A DNA stretch of 64,000 nt from Candidatus Aminicenantes bacterium (GTDB taxonomy: Bacteria; Acidobacteriota; Aminicenantia; UBA2199), in assembly GCA_963827565.1 (NCBI GenBank), contig CAWHBG010000003.1, positions 867,543-931,542 on the forward strand. The letters are read 5' to 3'. Position numbers and translations under genes: made by a program. Positions 1 through 8,568 of this stretch are shown here, piece after piece. Each line of letters opens with the position of its first letter. The first letter of the stretch is position 1. A model generated the notes under the pieces. It worked only from the letters and a program-made list of their open reading frames with translations. It was not told the DNA's origin and searched no databases.

Positions 1-215
1 GATCCGTCATCAGCAACCTTGATACTCCTTATCCTTTTAAAAACAAAGTCATTGTCATAATCAGTGATCCTCTTTACTTCGGTCAATTGCAATGCCCGTC
101 CGGGTTTTTTGCCGGTTAAGGTTGAAGGATTGGCCCTATTTTGAATGATTTCTGTTCTTGCCGGGAGTAAAAACAGAGTAGGTAATAATAGAAATATTGA
201 TAATATTTGTTTCAT
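1..215 (-). CDS. 6-bladed beta-propeller-like exported protein, N-terminal fragment (gene continues beyond window start)
   Basis: Not in the ORF track because it has no stop in the window. Reverse-strand ATG at 213-215 with GGAG 7 nt upstream. Reads MKQILSIFLLLPTLFLLPARTEIIQNRANPSTLTGKKPGRALQLTEVKRITDYDNDFVFKRIRSIKVADDG: a signal peptide, then a region colinear with the N-terminus of the 5097-6248 protein. Confidence 0.45.
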   Translation of the reverse strand, partial: MKQILSIFLLLPTLFLLPARTEIIQNRANPSTLTGKKPGRALQLTEVKRITDYDNDFVFKRIRSIKVADDG

Positions 216-290
216 TATTGAACTCCTATATATTAAATATCATTTTAAAAAAGAAATAGTAAAAAAAAAATACTGTTCTAAACTTATTTC

Positions 291-728
291 ATGCATATTA
301 AAAAATTTTCAATAACAATAATTTTAATTTTATCAATTGCATTATCAGGGGGGATCATCATGGCTGCAGATAAGAATGTGAAAGGGATCATTTTCTTTAA
401 GACCCGTATGATGGAAAATCTAAAGGTATTTTACACTGATGAGGTCGGTTGTGAAGTTTGGATGGAACAGGGGGGGTGTGTGATCCTGAAAGCAGGTAAT
501 ATGCTGTTCGGATTCTGCCAGAGAGATAAAGCCGATAAGGATGCGCTGATCACATTTTTCTATGATACGAAAGAGGAGGTTGATCAGAAATACAAAAAAT
601 TTAAAAAATCTGCTATAGATAAACCGGCTGAAAATATAAAATATAAGATCTACCATTTTTTTGCAAAAGATCCCGAAGGGAGGATGATCGAATTCCAGCA
701 TTTCCTCCACCCTGTAAAAAAAATATAA
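291..728 (+). CDS. exported VOC (glyoxalase/bleomycin-resistance fold) family protein
   Basis: 145 aa with a hydrophobic N-terminal signal/anchor. The body resembles the VOC fold pattern (..FYTDEVGCEV.., ..YHFFAKDPEGRMIEFQHF). Confidence 0.5.
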   Translation: MHIKKFSITIILILSIALSGGIIMAADKNVKGIIFFKTRMMENLKVFYTDEVGCEVWMEQGGCVILKAGNMLFGFCQRDKADKDALITFFYDTKEEVDQKYKKFKKSAIDKPAENIKYKIYHFFAKDPEGRMIEFQHFLHPVKKI

Positions 729-738
729 TAAATTCAGA

Positions 739-1851
739 TCACTCCAGATCTTTTAAATATTCTTCGATCCGGTTTAATCCTGCAATCAGGTATTCTTTTT
801 CAGCACCGAATCCAAGACGGAAATAGTTGTCCATCCCGAAACAATCTCCGTCCATGATGAATACGCTTTTTTCCGTTCTTAATCTGTCGGCAAGCTCCCT
901 GGAATTGATGTCCATGTTGTACCGGATAAATGCCATACCCCCGGCTTTGGGCGGGATCATGCTGAAATTGTCTTTATGTTTCATTATCCATTCTTCCACT
1001 GCTTTGATATTTTCTCTAAGCATTCCCCGGTTTCTTTTCAGTACTTTTTCTCTCATTTCTGGCTGCAGTATTTTTGTGGTAATTGCCTGACTGAGAATTC
1101 CGGTGCTGATCGTCAGATAGTCATTATATGACCAGGCTTTCTCAATTATCTCTTTCGGGCCGGTCATCCAACCCATCCGGAGACCCGGAAGCCCATAAGC
1201 CTTGGAAAGGCCGCCGCTAACGATCACTTTATCGTACATTCCATAAAAACTGGGGATCTCTTCCCCGTCCAGTTCGGCCCCCCTGTAAATCTCATCACAA
1301 TAGATCCATGCCCCTGCTTCTTTTGTCATGGAGACTATCTCATTCATGTTTTCTATACTCAAAGTAGCGCCTGTGGGATTGTTCGGGTTACAGAGAGCGA
1401 TCATTTTTGTTTCGGGTGTTATAAGAGATCTTAATTCTTTCATGTCCGGTGCCCACATTAATTCTTCTTTCAGGTGAAATGGTTTAACATTCACCCCCAT
1501 TGATCTGGCCAGACCCCAGATCTGCATATAGTTGGGCAGCATCAAAACCAGTTCATCTCCCGATTCCAGATTACTCCATATATTGATAAAATTTGCTTCG
1601 GCAGAACCGTTTGTTACCAGTATATTGTCCCTATCAGTTCCTGTATATAATTTACTGATAGTATCCCTGAGTTCGGGTGCGCCATTGGTCTGTCCGTATC
1701 CGAGTCTTACATCAAGCAGGGAATCGATCTCCTCAGGGCTGAACAATTCTCTTAATGTGAAAGGATGGAGGCCGCTCTCGGTAAGATTATATTCAACAAC
1801 ATTCTCATATAATGACTGGATCCTTTCAAGTTCGAATATTTCTATCTTCAT
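739..1851 (-). CDS. class I/II PLP-dependent aminotransferase
   Basis: 370 aa. Contains CNPNNPTG and SGGLSKAYGLPGLRMGW (Schiff-base Lys context SKxxGxxGxRxG). ATGA 4-nt overlap with the upstream OCD-family gene. Confidence 0.85.
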   Translation of the reverse strand: MKIEIFELERIQSLYENVVEYNLTESGLHPFTLRELFSPEEIDSLLDVRLGYGQTNGAPELRDTISKLYTGTDRDNILVTNGSAEANFINIWSNLESGDELVLMLPNYMQIWGLARSMGVNVKPFHLKEELMWAPDMKELRSLITPETKMIALCNPNNPTGATLSIENMNEIVSMTKEAGAWIYCDEIYRGAELDGEEIPSFYGMYDKVIVSGGLSKAYGLPGLRMGWMTGPKEIIEKAWSYNDYLTISTGILSQAITTKILQPEMREKVLKRNRGMLRENIKAVEEWIMKHKDNFSMIPPKAGGMAFIRYNMDINSRELADRLRTEKSVFIMDGDCFGMDNYFRLGFGAEKEYLIAGLNRIEEYLKDLE

Positions 1852-2822
1852 GATTGTTCTCCTTTATTGGTTGAAATTAATTTATTAAAGACTGCAACGG
1901 ATATCTGAATATCCTGAATTGCAACTCCTGTCAGGTCTGCAATGGTTATCTGATCATCTGATATTCGTCCGGGTATTTTCCCTGAAATAATATTACCGAG
2001 CTCAACTGGTTTGTCCATTGTTATTGTCCCGGCAGATACAGATTTAAATATTTCCCCTCTTGTTCTGCATTGTTCAAGACTATCTGCTGCAATCACATCA
2101 GCTTTTTTTAAAATCATGGGGTCAAGTTCAATTTTTTCCGGAGTGTCTGCTCCCATTGCAGTGATGTGAGTCCCCGGCCTTATAGTCTCTGATTTTAGTA
2201 AAGGTTTGGCTGAAGGTGTTGCCGTGATTATAAATCTGCAGTTTTCAGCAATTTTTCCCGGATCCAAAGTGGGTGAAACGGAATACCCGAGAAGTTCCAT
2301 CTCCTCTTTATATTGAAGGCACTCCTCCAAGTTCATTCCCCAAACCATGATATTTCGGCATGAAATTATCGACTTCAGATATTGAACCTGCATTTTCCCC
2401 TGAATACCTGCTCCAAAAACACCAATGCAATTTATCTTGGAAGGGGCCAGAAATTTAGCTGCAACTGCTCCCGCAGCTGCAGTACGAACATTTGTCAGGT
2501 ATCCTTCGTCCAGGAGTATGCCTGCGAGTTGTCCTGTCTGTTGAAGGAAAAGAAGCATAATGCCGTCACCGGGAGGGATTCCTGCTTTTAAATTCTCATA
2601 AAATCCAGATGCAATTTTGATCACATAATATTCATCTCCCTTTATATATCCATACTTAATGTGAGCATCGCCTGGAGGATCACTGAATAATAATTCTCCG
2701 ACAGGAGGAATTATTGTCTGCCCCTCTGAATAGGCGATAAAACCTTCTTCAATTGCCTGAACAGGATTCAGCTTTTTCAAAGACATTTTTATCTGATCAA
2801 GATTGAAAATTCTTGGACGCAT
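1848..2822 (-). CDS. ornithine cyclodeaminase / mu-crystallin family protein
   Basis: 324 aa. Rossmann motif GVFGAGIQGKMQ and the ITAMGADTPEKIELD region typical of the OCD/mu-crystallin family. Translationally coupled to the aminotransferase. Confidence 0.8.
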   Translation of the reverse strand: MRPRIFNLDQIKMSLKKLNPVQAIEEGFIAYSEGQTIIPPVGELLFSDPPGDAHIKYGYIKGDEYYVIKIASGFYENLKAGIPPGDGIMLLFLQQTGQLAGILLDEGYLTNVRTAAAGAVAAKFLAPSKINCIGVFGAGIQGKMQVQYLKSIISCRNIMVWGMNLEECLQYKEEMELLGYSVSPTLDPGKIAENCRFIITATPSAKPLLKSETIRPGTHITAMGADTPEKIELDPMILKKADVIAADSLEQCRTRGEIFKSVSAGTITMDKPVELGNIISGKIPGRISDDQITIADLTGVAIQDIQISVAVFNKLISTNKGEQS

Positions 2823-3012
2823 GTCAAATCTCCTTAATTAATTTTCTCAAATTAATTAGGGCATGCATTATGATCTGCAAGAAGCTGCTGTATTTCCCCT
2901 ATCTCTTCCCTAATGTAAGGAAATACAGAGGGCGGTCAATGACCACCAATATTCCTCTAAAACTTTTATATCACAGCAAAATCAGATTTTCAATATAGAT
3001 AATTTGGAAACT

Positions 3013-3032
3013 GAAGTTACCTGTCCCCTTTT
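3013..3032 (-). repeat. REP-like element copy (singleton)
   Basis: gaagttacctgtcccctttt; contains the invariant core CCTGTCCCCTTTT. Intergenic, upstream of deaD. Confidence 0.85.
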
Positions 3033-3222
3033 AGATGAATTTGAGAATAATCTTTATTGTGTTATAATTACTTTTAATAGTGATATTTTTCGAAATAATA
3101 AAACACCCACATCAAATTAGATCTGGAGAATTAACATTCATTTCAGGCTCACATGAATCCGGGATTTTTTCTATTTTATCTGCACTTTCAGACGGAAGAG
3201 ATCAGCTATGAGGAAAGGAGAC

Positions 3223-4944
3223 ATGATGGATTTTAAAGATTTTGAAAATATGGGACTGGACCCCCGTTTAATTAAAGGGATCAAAGAGATGGGATTTGAA
3301 AAACCCATGCCTATTCAGGAAAAAGTAATACCCGTTTTGTTGGAAAAAGATAGAGATATGGTGGGACTGGCGCAGACGGGAACTGGAAAGACTGCGGCTT
3401 TCGGCCTTCCGTTGATCTCAAAAACAGATGTTGGCAACAAAAGTGTTCAGACCATTGTTCTGAGTCCGACTCGTGAACTATGTATTCAGATAACGAATGA
3501 TATAAAAAGTTATTCTAAATATGTTGAGGAGTTTCGCGTTGTAGCAGTTTATGGCGGTGCAAGTATTGAAGGGCAATTAAAAGAATTGAGAAAGAAACCC
3601 CAGATGATCGTTGCCACACCGGGGAGACTGCTTGATATGATCGAAAGGAGAAGAGTTGATCTTTCGAAGATCAGATCTGTAGTACTTGATGAAGCGGATG
3701 AAATGCTGAATATGGGATTTAAAGAAGAGCTGAATGCTATTCTTGAAAAAACTCCGATCTCAAAAAACACCTACCTCTTTTCAGCAACCATGCCAAGGGA
3801 GGTTGCAAAGATCGCATCCAATTATATGAGTGATGCGATTGAGATCCAGGTCGGGAGCAGGAATGCAGGGGCAGAGAATGTCAGACATGAATACTATATG
3901 GTACAGGCCAGCAATAAATATCGGGCACTCAAGCGGATCGTTGATATAAATCCCGATATTTACGGGATAGTTTTCTGTAGAACCAGATCAGACACAAAAG
4001 ATATTGCGGAGAAATTGATTGTTGATGGTTATAATGCAGATTCTCTCCATGGCGATCTTTCACAGGCTCAGCGGGACTACGTTATGCACAAATTCAGGAC
4101 AAAAAACCTCCAGATACTTGTTGCTACAGATGTTGCAGCTCGTGGATTAGATGTCGATGACCTGACCCACATTATTAATTATAACTTTCCGGATGAATTG
4201 CAGGCTTACACCCATAGAAGCGGGAGAACAGGGAGAGCTGGTAAAAAGGGCGTTTCGATTGCAATCATGCACAAAAAAGAGAAGCACAAGATAAAACAGG
4301 TTGAAAATCTTATCGGGAAAAAATTTGAATATAAAAAGGTCCCCGATGGGAAAGATATCTGTGAGAAACAGCTTTTCAGCATGATCGACAGGATGGAAAA
4401 AGTAGATGTTTCTGATTCAGAGATTGATCCGTATCTGGATGTCATCTATAAAAAACTGGATTGGCTGACAAAAGAGCAGGTTATTAAACAATTTGTGTCA
4501 CTCGAATTCAACCGTTTTCTTGAATATTATAAAGACTCTCCCGATCTTAATATTGATACCAACAGGCCGGGTAAAAAAGAGAGAGGGCGGGAGAGAGAAA
4601 GAGGTCCGAAACTGAACAGGGGTGATGTAACAAGGTTTTTTGTGAAATCGGGGAAGAGAGATAAAATAGAGCCTCCTAACATTATAGGAATGATCAATGA
4701 TATGACCGGGACCAAGGATATCCAGATAGGAAAGATAGAAATACAAGGTACCTTCTCATTTTTTGAAGTAGATAAAAAATCTGAAGGAATTATTATAAAA
4801 AATCTGAATAACGCTCAGATAAATGGAGAAAAAATCTATGTTGAAGTGGCGGAACTCCCCGGTGGAAATCCCAAGAAGCAGAAATTGAACAGGAGACCTT
4901 TCCCGAAGAAGAAGAAATCAAAGGGAAAAGTTAAAATATACTAG
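3223..4944 (+). CDS. deaD: DEAD-box ATP-dependent RNA helicase with C-terminal DbpA-type RNA-binding domain
   Basis: Motifs AQTGTGKT (I), PTRELC (Ia), VLDEADEM (II), SAT (III), HRSGRTGRAG (VI). C-terminus has the DbpA-like domain and a K/R tail. The ORF track starts at 3208, but AAAGGAG precedes the ATG at 3223, so I prefer 3223. Confidence 0.9.
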   Translation: MMDFKDFENMGLDPRLIKGIKEMGFEKPMPIQEKVIPVLLEKDRDMVGLAQTGTGKTAAFGLPLISKTDVGNKSVQTIVLSPTRELCIQITNDIKSYSKYVEEFRVVAVYGGASIEGQLKELRKKPQMIVATPGRLLDMIERRRVDLSKIRSVVLDEADEMLNMGFKEELNAILEKTPISKNTYLFSATMPREVAKIASNYMSDAIEIQVGSRNAGAENVRHEYYMVQASNKYRALKRIVDINPDIYGIVFCRTRSDTKDIAEKLIVDGYNADSLHGDLSQAQRDYVMHKFRTKNLQILVATDVAARGLDVDDLTHIINYNFPDELQAYTHRSGRTGRAGKKGVSIAIMHKKEKHKIKQVENLIGKKFEYKKVPDGKDICEKQLFSMIDRMEKVDVSDSEIDPYLDVIYKKLDWLTKEQVIKQFVSLEFNRFLEYYKDSPDLNIDTNRPGKKERGRERERGPKLNRGDVTRFFVKSGKRDKIEPPNIIGMINDMTGTKDIQIGKIEIQGTFSFFEVDKKSEGIIIKNLNNAQINGEKIYVEVAELPGGNPKKQKLNRRPFPKKKKSKGKVKIY

Positions 4945-4983
4945 CCTGAATCCTATTTTTTTTGTTTTTAAATCTGTCTGAAT

Positions 4984-5003
4984 GAAGGTGCCTGTCCCCT
5001 TTT
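4984..5003 (-). repeat. REP-like element copy (singleton)
   Basis: gaaggtgcctgtcccctttt, 40 nt after the deaD stop. Confidence 0.85.
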
Positions 5004-5096
5004 GAACAGGATTATCAAATGCGAATAGAAGTACTTCTGAACAGAAATCCATCAATAACCGTATGCTAGATATAAGATTTATATGGAGGATTTAAA

Positions 5097-6248
5097 ATGA
5101 AAACAAAATCGCTTAGGAATAATATTTTTTATTTTTTGATATCGGTTTTATTTTTGGTTGTAATTTTTTTATTTTTATTATCAATCAATCTGCGGGGAGA
5201 GATCGCGAATAAAGACAAACCTGAAAAGGGGACAGGTACCTTTCATATATCGGAACTATGGCAGGTGAGTGAAGGTGAAGGGAATCCATTCGGGAATCTC
5301 AGCAGGGGAATCCTTGTCTCTAAAGACGGCATCCTTTGCTGTTTGGACGATAAGCTTGAACGGTTCTTTCTTTTTGACAAAGACGGAAAATTAATAAAGG
5401 GATTTGGTAAGAAGGGTGAAGGGCCTGGTGAAATAAAATTTTTCAGGCAGGCAAGTTTGTATAATGCCGGGGATAAGATCGCGATTCAGGATCTGGACAG
5501 AATACACTATTTTGACTGGAATGGGAATTTCATTGAGTCTATCCCGAATCAGAGACCACGGAGCCCCATACTATTTCTGAACCGTTATGAGTTCATAACA
5601 GCTCCCAATAATATCCTCGCAGTCCCGGGAGGCATTGCCGAAGTAAAATTGGTCAATCTGAAAACCGGTAAAGAGAAACTGATCACAAAGTTTTCCATAT
5701 TCAAGGGGGGGGCAATTCAGGATGGAAATAATCAGGCTTCGTTAATTGCCAATGGGCTGACACCGCTTTTTGAACTCGGGAAATATAAAGATCGTCTTTA
5801 CTACGGGGTCAGCGATAAATATAGGATCGAAATTTCAGACATGAAGGGGAATGTGATCAGCAGTTTCGGACTGAAAAGGGAAAAATCCAAAGTGACTGAG
5901 GAGGAAAAAGTAGAGCCGATTCTCCGGGGGACAAAAGGGTTGGCACCAGAAGAATTAATAAGAACTCTGGCAAAAAAATTACCAAATGAAGAGACCTATT
6001 ATACGGATATTCAGTCAATTAATGATCAGATATGGGTTTTTGTCACGAACTGGATCAGAACTAATTCCAGGCAAATTGATATTTTTTCACCGGAAGGGGA
6101 ATATTTATATCGCCGCTTCATTAAGATCGATAAAGAGGAGTCTATATTTTCCAAACCGGTGATCAATGGTAATTCAGTTTTTCTGGTTATTCAGAACGAA
6201 GATGACGAATTCCGAGTTGCAAAATATGCTATTGATCTGCCGGAATAG
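5097..6248 (+). CDS. 6-bladed beta-propeller-like exported/anchored protein
   Basis: 383 aa with an N-terminal TM/signal. Repeated ..DG.I.V.D/..F..F D..G.. blade-like pattern. N-terminus parallels the partial gene at 1-215. Contains a full REP copy in-frame at 5224-5243. Confidence 0.5.
   Translation: MKTKSLRNNIFYFLISVLFLVVIFLFLLSINLRGEIANKDKPEKGTGTFHISELWQVSEGEGNPFGNLSRGILVSKDGILCCLDDKLERFFLFDKDGKLIKGFGKKGEGPGEIKFFRQASLYNAGDKIAIQDLDRIHYFDWNGNFIESIPNQRPRSPILFLNRYEFITAPNNILAVPGGIAEVKLVNLKTGKEKLITKFSIFKGGAIQDGNNQASLIANGLTPLFELGKYKDRLYYGVSDKYRIEISDMKGNVISSFGLKREKSKVTEEEKVEPILRGTKGLAPEELIRTLAKKLPNEETYYTDIQSINDQIWVFVTNWIRTNSRQIDIFSPEGEYLYRRFIKIDKEESIFSKPVINGNSVFLVIQNEDDEFRVAKYAIDLPE
5224..5243 (+). 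repeat. REP-like element copy embedded in a CDS
   Basis: aaaaggggacaggtaccttt, a perfect consensus copy. Read in frame as (E)KGTGTF within the 5097-6248 ORF. Confidence 0.8.
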
Positions 6249-6260
6249 AGCCCGGCCCGG

Positions 6261-7823
6261 TTACTCAAAATGTTTATATTTCGGCCATATATCTGACAGC
6301 TCTGCTTTAGGACCTGAACAGAGAAAAATTGTCAAGTTGTTCTCATATGGCATAACATATTGAGCATGGTGAATGAGAACTTCCTTTACAGTTTCGAAAG
6401 AATTTTCATAATCTTTCAATTCACCTCCTATAAATATCACATTCTTGATCTCTTTATCGCCATACCCCCATAACCAGAAGTTGTTGTGGGTTGATATTGC
6501 TTTGGGGAGCGGATATTTCGAAGAATAGTATTCGATTGCTCCGGCTCTCCCGTAATTGGACCCCCAGGCAACTGTGTTTTCTCGCTCTTGTTCAGGAACC
6601 ATTTGATATACTTTTGATACATCATCCGCCATCTTCTCCCAACCGTGCATGTCAGCAAAGAATTGTGGGAGAGAATCAAGCTCTTTTCCCTCTGCCGATG
6701 GCTGTCTGAATCCGAGGGCCTCTGAATATTTTATAAATGTTTCTGCCGGCAGGATCGGGAGTGCTATCGGAGAAAGAATAATTCCCGAAACGATAACAGA
6801 TGTAGTAATTCCATAAGCCAGCAGCCTTCTTACCACATTTCTGCCGATCTCCTCATAAAATATTCCCCCTGCCGCCAGGAGAGGGGTCATCGCTGCAGAA
6901 ATGTATTCAGCTTTACTTTTCCCGTTGATCAGGAGGATGAGGAATACGGTAAAAACGATCAATCCGATGACCCTGAACTCTTTCTTTCTTTTTCCTATAA
7001 AAAGCCAATACAATCCGGGGATCCAGATCAGTGCTGATACAGGGTTCATGATCAGAAACAAATCTTTGATGAAATCCATACGTGTCAGACCGGCATATTT
7101 TAACTGCCGTGCATTTTTAATGAATTCAAAATGAGCCATATCATGCGTCAGGTTCCAGACAATAAAGGGGAGAAAAATGAAGGCGGAGATTATTCCTGCG
7201 ATCCATATCCCTTTTTTCAGAAATATTTTGCCTTTACTCATGATCATCATTGAGTGAGCTATACCGAAACCCATCCAGAGGAAACTGATCTTATTCAATA
7301 ATCCGAATCCCAGGGTAATGCCGAGAAGTACCCAAAGTTTGATTGAATCTTCTTTGATCAGTTTAATAAGCAGATAGAAAGTGACTGTCCACAGAAAGAT
7401 ATCAATTGAATTCATGGAGTAGTGTGAATTCATAGCGAGGTAGATCGGTGTCAAAAGTGCAGCGGAAAGGGAAATGAAGAGGGCTGTTCTATTTCCTCCC
7501 ATCTCTTTTGTTATCTTTCCGGTAATCCATATGGTCAAAGCGCCAAGAACAGCGGGGACCATCCTTATCATAAAGATGGAATCCCCGAAGAGAGATCTGT
7601 AAAATGTCAGGAACCAGATTGATAATGGGGGCTGGTCCACATAGCCGAATGCAGGCCTGGATGCACAGGATAGGTAGTAAAGTTCATCACGGAAAATTCC
7701 ATATCCTGCAAATGCATTTGTGTAAAAATGGATTAAAAATTTTATAAGTACAAAAATCAGGATTAATCCTGTTTCACTTTGAATAAAATTTGTATATTTG
7801 TTTCTGCTACCAATCTGGTTCAT
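6261..7823 (-). CDS. glycosyltransferase family 39 (ArnT/PMT-like) membrane protein
   Basis: 520 aa with a multi-TM N-terminal half. Has the early loop motif RDELYYLSCASRPAFGYVDQPPL typical of GT39/ArnT-like enzymes and a soluble C-terminal domain. Confidence 0.7.
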   Translation of the reverse strand: MNQIGSRNKYTNFIQSETGLILIFVLIKFLIHFYTNAFAGYGIFRDELYYLSCASRPAFGYVDQPPLSIWFLTFYRSLFGDSIFMIRMVPAVLGALTIWITGKITKEMGGNRTALFISLSAALLTPIYLAMNSHYSMNSIDIFLWTVTFYLLIKLIKEDSIKLWVLLGITLGFGLLNKISFLWMGFGIAHSMMIMSKGKIFLKKGIWIAGIISAFIFLPFIVWNLTHDMAHFEFIKNARQLKYAGLTRMDFIKDLFLIMNPVSALIWIPGLYWLFIGKRKKEFRVIGLIVFTVFLILLINGKSKAEYISAAMTPLLAAGGIFYEEIGRNVVRRLLAYGITTSVIVSGIILSPIALPILPAETFIKYSEALGFRQPSAEGKELDSLPQFFADMHGWEKMADDVSKVYQMVPEQERENTVAWGSNYGRAGAIEYYSSKYPLPKAISTHNNFWLWGYGDKEIKNVIFIGGELKDYENSFETVKEVLIHHAQYVMPYENNLTIFLCSGPKAELSDIWPKYKHFE

Positions 7824-7892
7824 TTTAATTCTCCGGGATCAGATTTTAGCAATACTAAGAGAAAAAGGGAAGTAATGTTTTCCCTGAGACTC

Positions 7893-8447
7893 TTATTTTT
7901 TTAGTACCGGTCTATAGAATGTCCAGGACTGGATAAGCCAGGCTATTAAATACACGATCAGGAATGCAAGTGGTGCTTCATATCCTTTCGGTCTTTTGCT
8001 GAATATGATTGAGATCCATATTATAATTGCTGAAAGGCCTACCAGGCCAACAAGGATCAGATTGAATACATTGTACACCTTCTTCGTGAGGGGGAATTCA
8101 GTTTCATTGAAAGCCTTATGGATGATCGCTGTGTGAATTGCATATACCAGTCCTGCTATTATAGCTATAGCAGTACCGATCCTTGCGTTGGTAGTGTATC
8201 CATTTTTGAAAAGATCAATTAATAATACCGAAATTCCTATCAGAGATAAATGATATCCGAGAGTTTTAAAATAATGAACGATGACCTTTATGCCCAGGTT
8301 TGGATCAACTTTCTCCCCCTTAATTGAACGCCACCTGATAAAAATGTAGACGATCGGCCCCAATGGAATAAGGATATATAAAAAATATATTAACGGGAAA
8401 AGGCTCATATAAGAAAACATATTTCCTCCTTTGTTTATTACTAGCAT
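7893..8447 (-). CDS. hypothetical integral membrane protein
   Basis: 184 aa with about 5 hydrophobic helices. AGGAGG-type RBS (aaaggaggaaat) before the internal ATG (MFSYMSL). No recognisable family. Confidence 0.45.
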   Translation of the reverse strand: MLVINKGGNMFSYMSLFPLIYFLYILIPLGPIVYIFIRWRSIKGEKVDPNLGIKVIVHYFKTLGYHLSLIGISVLLIDLFKNGYTTNARIGTAIAIIAGLVYAIHTAIIHKAFNETEFPLTKKVYNVFNLILVGLVGLSAIIIWISIIFSKRPKGYEAPLAFLIVYLIAWLIQSWTFYRPVLKK

Positions 8448-8568
8448 GGTAATAAATGAAAGGCAAGTGATTGTCCCTTCAGCGGTCCATTTCAGTTAAT
8501 AGACTTTTTTTACGTAACTTTTTTTCAGAAATTTCGTCTTATTATATGAATCCGGGCGAGGAGTACCA

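Noticed and set aside
2887-2930. 10-bp hairpin ctgtatttcc...ggaaatacag in the deaD/OCD intergenic region, and small hairpins in the long deaD leader (cold-shock-type 5' UTR?)
   Set aside because: It has a 21-nt loop, no U-tract and no conservation evidence. There is insufficient support for a terminator or regulatory RNA.
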